A program made the position numbers and the translations under genes. From a virus (lineage: Duplodnaviria > Caudoviricetes), in IMG/VR virus record IMGVR_UViG_3300036853_000205, positions 1 through 62,441 of that record: a stretch of 62,441 nucleotides of DNA; one strand, given 5' to 3'. Shown piece by piece: positions 1 to 9,235 of this stretch; the first letter of the stretch is position 1; every line of letters starts with the position of its first letter. Below the pieces are notes generated by a model. That model was not told the origin of the DNA. It saw nothing but the letters and a program-made list of their open reading frames with translations, and searched no databases.

Positions 1-127
1 AACGCGCCGGGCATCACGACGTCGCCCACGGCATCGATGTTGTTGAAAACGGAGGCGAGGGCGGTGAACTGTCCTTCTTGCAGGCTCGCGTCGTCGGCGG
101 CGGTGGCCTTCACCAGCACCGCGCACG
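1..127. repeat. Terminal direct repeat (assembly overlap, circular contig), copy 1
   Basis: 1-127 identical to 62315-62441; lies inside the protease gene. Confidence 0.95.
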
Positions 128-140
128 TCTTGATCGGCAT
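1..140 (-). CDS. 5' part of HK97-family prohead protease (continues across the contig junction)
   Basis: ATG at 140 gives MPIKTCAVLVKATAADD..., in frame with ORF 61513-62433; GGAG upstream. Confidence 0.85.
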   Translation of the reverse strand, partial: MPIKTCAVLVKATAADDASLQEGQFTALASVFNNIDAVGDVVMPGA

Positions 141-308
141 GGGTTAGGTGCTCCGCTCGCTCGACTGGGTGCTTGGGATTGAGGTCGGGGTGTCCTGAGC
201 GCGCGGGAGCCAGGCTCTATAGAGGTTGAAAGGGGCCCGCCGAGTCCTGGGGCTGCCTCGTGGCGTGATCGCTACCCAGGCACCTTGAATCGCCCTCGAC
301 GGGCTTGG

Positions 309-2276
309 TTACTGCGGGACGGAAATGCTCACGTCGCAGTTGCAGTTGCTGTCCAACTCGGCGTCGCCGGAGCCACCGGGCCAACGCGACCCGTCGCTGA
401 ATTCGGCGTCGATGGCGACGGTTTCGCCGTTGAGGGCGGCGTGTTCGGGGCGCGGGTTGTCGCCGGTGATCCAGGTTTTCGTGGCGCCGTCACCGCCGTG
501 GTGTCTGCCCGCTTCGACGGTGCCGAAGCCGGACATGGCAGATGTGAGGGTCGCGGCGATCTGCGAGGCGCGGCCGGACGGCGCTTGAGTGTCCGGGTCG
601 GCCTTCCAGCGGTCGAACAGTGCGTTCACTGCGCCCAGCGCGGCGCCCACCTCGGCGGCGGCAAGCACATCGCTCAGGCGCCGCGCGGTGGTGGCGTTGA
701 TGGCCTTGGCTACGCCGTCGGCGTGCGCGGCGAGCCAACCTGCGATGACCTGCGGGTCGAAGTCGGCCGGGTCCAAGCCCATCTTGGCCATTGTGGCGCG
801 AGCCGCCGACACCGCCATCTTGCTGCCGAGCAGCAGCAGATCAGCGGCCAGCTCTCCGTCCCAGCGGGACGCGTCGAACACGTCGACCACGGCTGCTTTG
901 ACGACTCCCCTGGACTTCTCCGCACCGAGCACCGATGCGATGGCGTTGCCCTGCCGGGTGAAGAACCGCGACAGGGTCACCGCGGCCTTGTCTGTCTCGG
1001 CCTGCGGCACACGCGCTTTCGCCAGCACTGCCACGCTTTTCGGCGGCACGAGTTCCGCCGGCGGGAGCGCCGGAGAACCTGCGGGTGGCGGAGTCACGCC
1101 GACGTTCAGCGGCCGGATCAGTTCGTCGCCGCCGTCAATCATCGGCAGGTTCAACCGGGCGCGTCCCTCATTGGGGACCATGTAGGGAGCACCGATTGCG
1201 GCTTGCAACTGAACGGCCTGCTCCTCGAAGCTACCGTTGAGCTTGGCGGCAATGTTGAACTCGACGTAAACGTTCTTGGTGTCGGGCACGTCCGGCAGCA
1301 GTTGCAGCTCAATTTCCTGCTGCATGTTCTCCAGCCACGGGCCGAGGCAGTCCTGATACAGGTTCTTGTGCAGTTCCTTGATGTTGGTGAACGTCGCGTG
1401 ATCGAGGATGCCGACCATAGGCAGCGGCACGTGGTAGGTGCGGGCGACCTCTTCACGGGTCAGCTTGCGGGACTCGATGTACTGCGAGTCGCGGGGGGTG
1501 ACGGCGGCGGCCGTGAAGGTCATGCCGTCCTCAAGAATCGCGGTTTCGCCAGCCTTTGTCGAGTCGCCGGAGTAGCTGGCCTGCCACTGGTCGCGGAACC
1601 GCTTCTTGGCTTGCGTCCCCCATTCCGGGGCGTCGACCGGGCGCGAGATGTAGCCGGAGAGCCGGGCGCCGTTGCGCCACAACTGTTCGCGGTAGACGTT
1701 CGCAGCCCACTCCTCGGACAGGATCTGCCGCAGGCTTTCCACCGGCGGAGTGCCAAGCCGGTCGTCGTTGGGGTTGTAGCCGCGAAAGTGGACGACGTCG
1801 TCAGCGCGGACCTTCAGGCGCGCACGGCTGCCGATGATCTCGTAGCCCTCAGGCTCCAACCAGTCGTCGCCGGTCGGAACGATGCGGCCGGGGCGCACCC
1901 GGCGCAGGGCCAGTGTCGTCCCGTCGTCGTCGCGGACCTTCAGCCAATAGCCGTTGTCGAAGATGCACACGTCGTGGACCAGCGCGTCAACCATCCGGTA
2001 TGCCGTGGTGCTCGGATTCGGGCGCCCGAGCAGGGCCGCGAGGGGGTGATCGGTCAGCCGTACCCGGTCAACGTCACTTACCCGCCGGAACACGTGCAAG
2101 CCGAGCTGGGCGAGGTTGCGGGCCAGGAAGTCGACCACAGTGCGCAGTTCTGGTTGCGCCCGCCACAGAGCGGCGTAGTCGCGGTACTCGTTGCCGCCGA
2201 TACGCATGGAGTAGACGGGTGGGGGTGCCGCGCGCTCCACGCCGCGCAGCGCGCCGGAAGAGACCACGAACGCCAT
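309..2276 (-). CDS. HK97-family portal protein fused to C-terminal MuF-like (head morphogenesis) domain
   Basis: Portal motifs (VVHFRGYNP, ILEDGMTF, EEVARTYHVP); C-term KTWIT..RPEHAALNGE..NCNC typical of MuF. Confidence 0.9.
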   Translation of the reverse strand: MAFVVSSGALRGVERAAPPPVYSMRIGGNEYRDYAALWRAQPELRTVVDFLARNLAQLGLHVFRRVSDVDRVRLTDHPLAALLGRPNPSTTAYRMVDALVHDVCIFDNGYWLKVRDDDGTTLALRRVRPGRIVPTGDDWLEPEGYEIIGSRARLKVRADDVVHFRGYNPNDDRLGTPPVESLRQILSEEWAANVYREQLWRNGARLSGYISRPVDAPEWGTQAKKRFRDQWQASYSGDSTKAGETAILEDGMTFTAAAVTPRDSQYIESRKLTREEVARTYHVPLPMVGILDHATFTNIKELHKNLYQDCLGPWLENMQQEIELQLLPDVPDTKNVYVEFNIAAKLNGSFEEQAVQLQAAIGAPYMVPNEGRARLNLPMIDGGDELIRPLNVGVTPPPAGSPALPPAELVPPKSVAVLAKARVPQAETDKAAVTLSRFFTRQGNAIASVLGAEKSRGVVKAAVVDVFDASRWDGELAADLLLLGSKMAVSAARATMAKMGLDPADFDPQVIAGWLAAHADGVAKAINATTARRLSDVLAAAEVGAALGAVNALFDRWKADPDTQAPSGRASQIAATLTSAMSGFGTVEAGRHHGGDGATKTWITGDNPRPEHAALNGETVAIDAEFSDGSRWPGGSGDAELDSNCNCDVSISVPQ

Positions 2277-2288
2277 GTGGTGCTCCCT

Positions 2289-2507
2289 TTATCCGGTGAC
2301 TTGAATGAATTCGATTTGGCGGCGTTCGATGACGATCTCCCCGTCGACCGGGGCCGCTGCCGCGCCAGGCTCGTGCATGGTGACGTTGCGCAAAACGATG
2401 AGCGGGCCACGCTTTGCCCAGAAAATGCCGACGAAGGCACGGCTGGAGTGAAGATTGACAACGACCTTTTTGCGTAGCAGGGTGCGCCGAAAGTCGAGCC
2501 CGATCAC
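2289..2507 (-). CDS. Small conserved pre-portal protein (Sm-like beta fold likely)
   Basis: GTGA overlap with upstream stop; KVVVNL..AFVGI..PVDGEIVIERRQIEFIQV. Confidence 0.7.
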   Translation of the reverse strand: MIGLDFRRTLLRKKVVVNLHSSRAFVGIFWAKRGPLIVLRNVTMHEPGAAAAPVDGEIVIERRQIEFIQVTG

Positions 2508-2764
2508 TGGTCGGCGATCCCGATGTTGGCCGGGCGGTTGCCGCCCCATACGTGCGCCTGGCCGGTACCGCGTCGATGGTCGGAGGGGCACGGCAACTCT
2601 CCGTTTGCGGGAGGGTGACCGGTGAAGGCGACGCCCCAGAGCTTGCGCAGCAACTGCCAGCCGGGATTTTTGTCGCAGTACTCGCACTCGCCGGGGGCGT
2701 GCAGCACGTCCTGGTCACAGTGCGGGACCTTGCCCAGCTTTACGAAGTCCTCGAACGTCGTCAT
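2504..2764 (-). CDS. Hypothetical Cys/His-rich protein
   Basis: ATGA overlap with terminase stop; HCD..LHAPGECEYCD. Confidence 0.65.
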   Translation of the reverse strand: MTTFEDFVKLGKVPHCDQDVLHAPGECEYCDKNPGWQLLRKLWGVAFTGHPPANGELPCPSDHRRGTGQAHVWGGNRPANIGIADQ

Positions 2765-4485
2765 GACACGCCTTCGCCTTCGATCTCGTCGTTGGGGTCC
2801 TCGTACGCCGAGCGGCGCGGCTTGCCTGTGACCATTGCCCGCGAAAGGGCGGTGACGAGGGCGGCCACTCCGTCGATCTTGTCGACGGACCGTGCCCGGT
2901 CGGGTTTGACGTTGCCCGCCGGGTCCATCGCCACTGAGATGTTGTCGATCATCCAGCGCATGACCGGGTTGGCGCCGTGCCGTACCAACGGCTTGGCGGC
3001 GGTGCCTTGCAGCAACAGTCGGCTGAGTTGCTTCATGGGCGGGGACAGCGATGCGTATCCCTGCCGCACGGTGACCATCGGGGCGCCGTCGCTCTGCAAA
3101 TCGGTGACGAGTTGGGTGGCGTTCCACGGGTCGTAGGCCAGCTCGACCACTTTGAACGTGGTCAGGTCCTTGTTGATCTGTGCGCGCACATGGGCGTAGT
3201 CGGTGACCTCACCCGGGGTGAGCCGCAGGTAGCCGCGTTTCACCCAGCTCGTGGCGGCCCCGGCGGTGCGGTCGTCCAGCTTGCGCAGGTTCATCTCCGG
3301 CGTCCAGAAGCGCCACAGTGCGTCGTATCCGGCTGCGTCGTCGGGGAACAGCCAACACAGGGCGGTCAGGTCTGATGTAGACGCGAGGTCGAGCCCGCCG
3401 AACGCGTGCCGCCGCTTCAGCCGCGACTCGTCCACGAGACTCGCGTTGCGGTCCCAGACGGGCAGCTCGAAGTACTTGGTTTCCTGGCGGGTGCGCACGC
3501 CCAGGTGCAGGCGAAGGAACCGAGCCAGGTTCACCGGATTCTGTTGCGCCTTGGAGGCTTCGACCTTCAGGAAGGCCCGGGTGGGGCTGATGCCGTAACC
3601 GGGGTTGGCTTTCTTCCACGTCGACTCCAGGAACGGGTCATCGAGCGGGTCGGCTGCGAACACCACCCCGTACACACTGGGCTGCTTGATGCCGCCACGC
3701 GCCAGCCGCTCGATGTAGTCCCGTTTGTGGGCGTAGACGCTCTCCGGGCGACCATCGTCGGCGGTGGTGATGGTGATGATCAGTGGCTGAGACCTGGCTC
3801 CGGTGCCGGATTCAACCGCATCTACAACGGCGGATGTCTTATGGATGTGTAGCTCGTCAATGCCCGCGGCGTGAATGTTCGCGCCGTGCAACAGGTCGCC
3901 GAGGCTGGCAGCGACAGCGAAGTAGCTGCCGCTGGACTCCTGCACAATGCGCGACTGCAAGGGGCGGATGCCCGCCTGCTTCAGTTGCGGCGAGGACTGC
4001 GCGAGCTGCTTGGCGGGGTCGAAGCAGTGCCGGGCCTGGTCTTTGCTTCCCGCGACGGCCAGCACTTGCGCGCCGGCCTCGTCGTCTGCGAACGCCAGCA
4101 CGAGCAGCAATCCACTGATCAGAGTGGTCTTGCCCGCCTTGCGGGGCACGTCGATGTACACGGAGCGCACGATCCGCACGTAGACGCCGTCATCGTCGGG
4201 CGCCACCCACCCGAAAACCGGTGCGAGGATGTAGGCGACCTGCCAGGCGTCGGGCTTGAGGGGCCTGCCTGCCCACTTGCCCTGCGTGTGGCGCAGGCAC
4301 TCCAAACCAGCGATGACCTTGTCGACCCGGGATGCGTCAAAAACGGCACGGGGGTACCGGTTCGGCTCGGGCGTGCGTACGGCGGGCACGCACCAGTCGG
4401 GCACGACGTAGCCGCGCGACTCCAGATACCAATTGACCTCGGGAGACAGATCAGCCCGTGTGCGAGAACGGGTTCGTGTTGGCAT
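2761..4485 (-). CDS. terL: Terminase large subunit
   Basis: PRKAGKTT Walker A, IDELH Walker B, ITTA coupling motif, GLDLASTSD and KIDG nuclease motifs. Confidence 0.97.
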   Translation of the reverse strand: MPTRTRSRTRADLSPEVNWYLESRGYVVPDWCVPAVRTPEPNRYPRAVFDASRVDKVIAGLECLRHTQGKWAGRPLKPDAWQVAYILAPVFGWVAPDDDGVYVRIVRSVYIDVPRKAGKTTLISGLLLVLAFADDEAGAQVLAVAGSKDQARHCFDPAKQLAQSSPQLKQAGIRPLQSRIVQESSGSYFAVAASLGDLLHGANIHAAGIDELHIHKTSAVVDAVESGTGARSQPLIITITTADDGRPESVYAHKRDYIERLARGGIKQPSVYGVVFAADPLDDPFLESTWKKANPGYGISPTRAFLKVEASKAQQNPVNLARFLRLHLGVRTRQETKYFELPVWDRNASLVDESRLKRRHAFGGLDLASTSDLTALCWLFPDDAAGYDALWRFWTPEMNLRKLDDRTAGAATSWVKRGYLRLTPGEVTDYAHVRAQINKDLTTFKVVELAYDPWNATQLVTDLQSDGAPMVTVRQGYASLSPPMKQLSRLLLQGTAAKPLVRHGANPVMRWMIDNISVAMDPAGNVKPDRARSVDKIDGVAALVTALSRAMVTGKPRRSAYEDPNDEIEGEGVS

Positions 4486-4906
4486 CGGAACGGCCCTCCG
4501 CCACGATTCGGGTCCGCCCTGACGGCGTCAACCCGAACTCCTGCGCGAAGCCGCGCACCGTGTGGGCGGCGTCGCGCTGGATTTGGAGTGCGGGATTGCG
4601 AACCATGTTGCCGTGCATTCCCCGCACCAACACCGAGGTCTTGGCGAGGATTGCGCTTGCCTTCCGGTGCGCCACCACGGCTTCGCAGTAGCAGCGAAGG
4701 GTGTCACGGTCGGCGGACGTGGCGATCTTCATCACGAGCAGTTCGTTGAGTGTGTAGTCCCAGATTTCGCGGACGTCGTCGGCCATGTCGGGCGGCGGCT
4801 CGGGAGGAAAGTCGCGGGTGATCGGCTCACGCAGATTGACGTGGCTCGGTCGGCTCTCACCCCGCAGCAGCCGCAGTTTCAGGGGCACTGGCGGTGGTCC
4901 GGACAT
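4451..4906 (-). CDS. terS: Terminase small subunit, P27 family
   Basis: GPPPVP..LRGE N-term; RNPALQI..FAQEFGLTPSGR. Confidence 0.93.
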   Translation of the reverse strand: MSGPPPVPLKLRLLRGESRPSHVNLREPITRDFPPEPPPDMADDVREIWDYTLNELLVMKIATSADRDTLRCYCEAVVAHRKASAILAKTSVLVRGMHGNMVRNPALQIQRDAAHTVRGFAQEFGLTPSGRTRIVAEGRSDANTNPFSHTG

Positions 4907-5810
4907 CGGTCAAACCTCCTTGCCCCTCGCGGAGCCTCACAGCCCGTTCGTATTCCTCGTCGGGCGACCCGCACTGGGCGATTTTCGTTCGGAAGTAGCT
5001 GACGACGCTGATGCGTTCCGCGCCGCAGCTCTCACAGGGGGCGCGCACCCGCTCTCCGCAACCGCAGACGATGGTGGTGTTTCCGTGCCAGTCGTGGGCA
5101 TCCATCAGCAACAGGTCACCGTCGTGCATGTCCACGGCCACCCGATAGGCGGGAAACACCAGTTGTCCGCCGGTGTAGGGGCCGCGCCGCAGGCAGGCAA
5201 TGGTGGAGAACCCGGCGTCGAGATCGCCCCTGTCGGTGTGGACCCCCGTCGGGTAGGTGTTGTTGACGGTGACCGTGGAAAACGGGGTACCCGGCACGAT
5301 CCACGCCGCATCACTCACGGCGGCCTGCGCGGCCTGGTTGGCGTAGCGGTCGGGGACGTGCTCGGCCAGGTGCCCGGCCACAGCCCGCAGCAACGGGTGG
5401 AGCTGCTGCCAGTAAGGCAGATTGCGCGCGGTCCACGACGTCTGGCGACAGTAGCGCTGCTGTCCTAACGCATCCACCGCACCGACCACCATCGACGGGG
5501 TTTCGGCCGCATAGGAGCGGCCACGCCCCGTCGGGTCGAGACGCGGCGTTCCGCTGGCGGCGCCACGATTTTTGGTGACCATGCCGCGCAACGAGTGCAG
5601 CACGTCATAGGTGACAGGGTCGGCGACCTGCGCGGCGAGCGCACCCGGCAAGTACACGCACAGGGGGCGCCCGTCGGGTTTGATGAGGCGCGCCGGGCCG
5701 GTCAGCAACACGTCGAAGTCCGCCGCGCCGAGCACCTTACCGGCGAGGCTTTCGCGGATGGCGGAGTCAGCGACCCGGCTGCGTAGCCGAAGTTCGGTGT
5801 GAACCGTCAT
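4857..5810 (-). CDS. TET/JBP-family 2OG-Fe(II) 5-methylpyrimidine dioxygenase
   Basis: FSTVTVNNTYPTGVHTDRGD (HxD), GGQLVFP, LLMDAHDWHGNT (distal His), ERISVVSYFR (RxS); ATGA coupling at 5807-5810. Confidence 0.88.
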   Translation of the reverse strand: MTVHTELRLRSRVADSAIRESLAGKVLGAADFDVLLTGPARLIKPDGRPLCVYLPGALAAQVADPVTYDVLHSLRGMVTKNRGAASGTPRLDPTGRGRSYAAETPSMVVGAVDALGQQRYCRQTSWTARNLPYWQQLHPLLRAVAGHLAEHVPDRYANQAAQAAVSDAAWIVPGTPFSTVTVNNTYPTGVHTDRGDLDAGFSTIACLRRGPYTGGQLVFPAYRVAVDMHDGDLLLMDAHDWHGNTTIVCGCGERVRAPCESCGAERISVVSYFRTKIAQCGSPDEEYERAVRLREGQGGLTDVRTTASAPETAAAAG

Positions 5811-6367
5811 TGCAGTACCCGCAGCGGAAGCCGTGCCAGCGCCGGAAGCAGCTCCGTCAACCGCGCGACGTTGGCGGCGGGGTGGGCGGTGCCGTCGAGC
5901 TGGACCAGGCGGTGGCGGCCTACGGCGTGCTCGGCGAGCCTGGCCGCCTTGGTGGCGCGGCCCGTCCGCCACGACACCGACTGGGCGGAACCCCGGGAGG
6001 CGGCACGCCGGTCCAACTCATCGTCAGGCACGGTCAGATAGACCGCAGTGACTGTGTAGCCCGCGTTGACGCCCGCGTCGAGAAAGCCACTGTGGGCCAA
6101 CCGGTCACCTTCACCGAGCACCAACGCGGACGGCTGACCGGCAAGAAACGACTTGGCCAGGGGGGAGACGTTGAGGCCGAGGGCATCAGTGCCGGAGAAC
6201 GCGGCCCGGCGCTTGCCCAGTTCGATCCCGACGACATCGGCGCTGCGCGTGAGGAGGTCGTGGGCGAACGGCTTGGCCATCGGGTGGCGCCCACAGCCAC
6301 CGGTCAGTTCAGCCATGAGCGTCGACTTTCCGGCGGCGGGCGGCCCGAAGACGTAGACCAGGTTCAC
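5807..6367 (-). CDS. P-loop nucleotide kinase (base-modification type, Ploopntkinase3-like)
   Basis: GPPAAGKST; FSGTDAL, EGDRL, RGSAQS..GRATK motifs. Confidence 0.85.
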   Translation of the reverse strand: MNLVYVFGPPAAGKSTLMAELTGGCGRHPMAKPFAHDLLTRSADVVGIELGKRRAAFSGTDALGLNVSPLAKSFLAGQPSALVLGEGDRLAHSGFLDAGVNAGYTVTAVYLTVPDDELDRRAASRGSAQSVSWRTGRATKAARLAEHAVGRHRLVQLDGTAHPAANVARLTELLPALARLPLRVLQ

Positions 6368-7482
6368 GCCGCGACGTCTCTGCCGTCGATGATCGCCTGG
6401 CGGACGTGGGCGTCGGCCAGCACGTCAACGACCAGATGCACCCGATCCACGCCGGAACGGTTATCCACGGCGTGCGGCTTGCGGGCGTCGAGATACCACA
6501 TCGACCAGGCGGGCAGGTGCGCGTTGTACCGCTCACCCCGCAGATTCCACGCGGACATGGTGATGTCGGGATGGGTGACCAACGGGATGTGGAACCGCAC
6601 AATTTGCCGGTCACGGGTGCCTGCGGCGCGATCGGTGATGTCGGTGTGGCGCGAGAGGCTGCCACCCTTGCCGCCGCGACCCGCCATGCGTAGCAGGCGC
6701 ACCCGCTCCAGTTGCCCCCACCACTCCACACCGCGCACCAGCTCCACCGTCGCCGGGCACTTCGCGGCGAGCACGGTCCAGGCGCATCGGGTGTACTGCA
6801 CGGCCTCAGGGTGCGCCGTCCACCACGCCTTCGACATCTCGGCGGGTTTGATGCCCCAGGCGGGGTCGGCGGGGTTGAAGCCCCGCAGGCTTACCGCACC
6901 CCAGGAGCCGTCGGAATAGTACGGGTAGTCGTCGGTCCAACCACGGATATTCGTGGCCTCGGCAACGATCGCGGCGCGCTGCGTCGCGGTGACCGCCAGG
7001 GGCACGCGGACAAGGGTGGCGGAGTCAGCGGCGGGGTAACTGTGCCCGGAGCCAGCCCGACCCCAGCAGTTGACGATCTCTGATGCCGCCGACACGCGCA
7101 CTGCCGCGATCTCGCGGTTTTGCAGCCGCAACTGCCGGGTGATGTGGGTGTCTTCGGCATAGGCGAAAACGTAGTCGAAGGCCGCCAACGAGGGCAGCGT
7201 CACGCTCGGCAGGCACGCCAGGTGGGTGATGACGCGGGCACCGTCGCCGAGAACGTAGGCGCGGCCGGAGAAGTCCAGCCGAGTCGAGCTGCGGGTCAGC
7301 CGCCGCGACACCGCTGCCGCCCCTTGGCCCCACCAGTGCCACGTCCCGTGGGCCATGTGGTTGTCGATCTCGGCGGCAGTCGGTACGGCGAAGGCGCCGG
7401 CGGCGAAGTTCTTCGCGTAGGCCCCCAGGAACCGTGCGGCTTCGCGGCCGGTCGTCGGGGTCCTCAGGTCGACGGCGGTCAT
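6364..7482 (-). CDS. Two-domain protein: unknown (possibly degenerate GNAT-like) N-term + aspartyl/asparaginyl beta-hydroxylase-like 2OG-Fe domain
   Basis: RVRLLRM..LSRHTD..RFHIPLVTHP..WYLDARKPHAVDN..DRVHLVVD. Confidence 0.82.
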   Translation of the reverse strand: MTAVDLRTPTTGREAARFLGAYAKNFAAGAFAVPTAAEIDNHMAHGTWHWWGQGAAAVSRRLTRSSTRLDFSGRAYVLGDGARVITHLACLPSVTLPSLAAFDYVFAYAEDTHITRQLRLQNREIAAVRVSAASEIVNCWGRAGSGHSYPAADSATLVRVPLAVTATQRAAIVAEATNIRGWTDDYPYYSDGSWGAVSLRGFNPADPAWGIKPAEMSKAWWTAHPEAVQYTRCAWTVLAAKCPATVELVRGVEWWGQLERVRLLRMAGRGGKGGSLSRHTDITDRAAGTRDRQIVRFHIPLVTHPDITMSAWNLRGERYNAHLPAWSMWYLDARKPHAVDNRSGVDRVHLVVDVLADAHVRQAIIDGRDVAA

Positions 7483-8387
7483 GCGGCCCCCTCCATCACG
7501 GCGAGCTGTGGCGTCCGCACGATCCCGGTCTCGCGGTAGCAGCGCCCGAGTTTTTTGTCCGCGCCCGGAGGTACGTCACGCCACGGCGCGGGGACCGCCG
7601 AGCGGAACGCCTCGCGCAGCACAAGCTTGTCCATGAGTAGGGCCAGGCCCTCGATCTCTTCACGGATCATCGCCAGGTGCTTGCCGGGGTAGTACCGGCC
7701 CTTGCGCATGACGTTGAAATCGCAGATGACCGTCTCGAAGTCCCACCAGGACAGGGCCACCCCGTTGTCAGCGAGCATCGCTCGGCACTCGACGGCAGTG
7801 GCGTTGAGCCAATCCACGCTGGGCTGATCGTTGCCGTACAGACGTTCCAGCGACTCGCGGGGCCCGCTGGACTCCCACAGGAACGCGTGCGGAGTCTCCA
7901 CCGGCAGGCCGATGACCTTGGCCGTGAACTCAGCCCATTCGAACGCGGTCAGCCGCCCGACGCCCCAGACACGACGCAGGTAGGGCATCAGCGTCAGAAA
8001 AGCGTCAGCGGGGTCGGCGTCGGCGGGCACCGCTTCCCGCAGCCACAGCAACTGCCGCTGCCCGCCGAGCAGGCTCACGTACGAGTCGAGGTGCTGAAGA
8101 ACTTTGCCGCCGCGCAGGTTGCGGCGTTCACCCGAGCAGGGCAGCCGAGCCACGGCGGCACGGTCGACGTGTGGCCAGGCCACAGGTTCTGGGCAGCCGG
8201 CCAGCACGGTCATCGCGGAGCCGAGGTCGTCGAAGGCGTTGTAGAGCTTGACCGCCCAGAGCAGCCGTTCGGTGTCCCACCCGGCGACGGTGCGCAGCTC
8301 GGCGAGCACGGCCGCCCACGGTTCGATGTCGGCGGCGGCGACTTCGTAGCGGGCGAACGTCACCAGGTCGGCCAGCACAACATCCAT
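7479..8387 (-). CDS. Amino-acid:DNA transferase (aGPT-Pplase2-like, HhH glycosylase fold)
   Basis: DIEP, ERRNLR, HhH-like VWGVGRLTAFEWAE, SGPRESL, FETVICDF..GRYYPG; TGATG coupling at 8385-8389. Confidence 0.8.
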   Translation of the reverse strand: MDVVLADLVTFARYEVAAADIEPWAAVLAELRTVAGWDTERLLWAVKLYNAFDDLGSAMTVLAGCPEPVAWPHVDRAAVARLPCSGERRNLRGGKVLQHLDSYVSLLGGQRQLLWLREAVPADADPADAFLTLMPYLRRVWGVGRLTAFEWAEFTAKVIGLPVETPHAFLWESSGPRESLERLYGNDQPSVDWLNATAVECRAMLADNGVALSWWDFETVICDFNVMRKGRYYPGKHLAMIREEIEGLALLMDKLVLREAFRSAVPAPWRDVPPGADKKLGRCYRETGIVRTPQLAVMEGAA

Positions 8388-9235
8388 CAGGCGGCCACGT
8401 CCGCCGTCCATCCGGCGTACTTGGCCAGGTCGGCGGCGGCCGGGTCGTGTGGTGCGGCGTGCAGCACCGCACCCATCGTGCGCAGCCCGCGCAGCATTAC
8501 GTCGGATGCGCGCAGGTCGCCGTCACCCAGGGCGGTGCGGGCGGCGGCCACCAGGGCCACGGCTTCAGCGCGGTCGTCCTCGGAGTACACGAGGATCATT
8601 TCGGTGAAGCCGCCGCTTGCCGGGCCGATGCGCGGCTCGTAGGCGGCGATGCGGTCGGTACGCGCGGCGAGCTGTTCGGGGGTTTCGGCGTAGGCGGCGT
8701 CCGTCGCGGGCACGGCCACGGCCTGCTCCGGCTCGGGTAGCTCGGCGGCGGCCAGCAGGTCTTCCAGCTCTGACGGGGTCCACCCGGCCAGCTCCGCCAG
8801 GTCGAAGTCTTCGCCAGCGAGTGAGGTCAGCACGTCGGCCAGACCAGCGTCATCCCAGCCGCCCAGTTCGGAGTGCTTGTTGTCGGCGAGTAGGTACGCA
8901 TCGGCCTCAGCGTCGGATCGGCTGGCCCAGCCACGAACTACCGGCACCAGCCACCGTCCGGTCGCGTCGAGCTGCACACCGTCGGGTGGGGTCTGGCCCG
9001 CGTCGCGCATCAGCGCCAGCGTTTCGGCCCGGCCGTGACCCACGACCAGGCGGCCGGTGCGCTCGTCTCGCAGTACGGGGGCGGCGAAACCGAAGCGGTC
9101 CATGGAGGAGCGCAGCAGATCGAGCCGGTGTTTCTTCGGGTTGCGGGTGGCCGGGACGATCTCATCCAGCGGCATATAGATGATGTTGCGCGCGGGTGCC
9201 TGCTTCATATTGATGCCTATCGCTGATGGCTTCAT
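8387..9235 (-). CDS. ParB-like N-terminal domain protein
   Basis: PATRNPKKH..SMDRFGFAAPV..LVVGHGR..AYLLADNK..GGWD. Confidence 0.88.
   Translation of the reverse strand: MKPSAIGINMKQAPARNIIYMPLDEIVPATRNPKKHRLDLLRSSMDRFGFAAPVLRDERTGRLVVGHGRAETLALMRDAGQTPPDGVQLDATGRWLVPVVRGWASRSDAEADAYLLADNKHSELGGWDDAGLADVLTSLAGEDFDLAELAGWTPSELEDLLAAAELPEPEQAVAVPATDAAYAETPEQLAARTDRIAAYEPRIGPASGGFTEMILVYSEDDRAEAVALVAAARTALGDGDLRASDVMLRGLRTMGAVLHAAPHDPAAADLAKYAGWTADVAA

Noticed and set aside
1-127. Biological terminal repeat
   Set aside because: Exactly 127 bp and inside a gene; matches an assembler k-mer overlap of a circular contig
285-2477. Long plus-strand ORFs (also 18964-21246, 59669-62095, 45277-46677, 51332-52693)
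   Set aside because: Antisense shadows of well-supported genes, expected in high-GC DNA; no motifs
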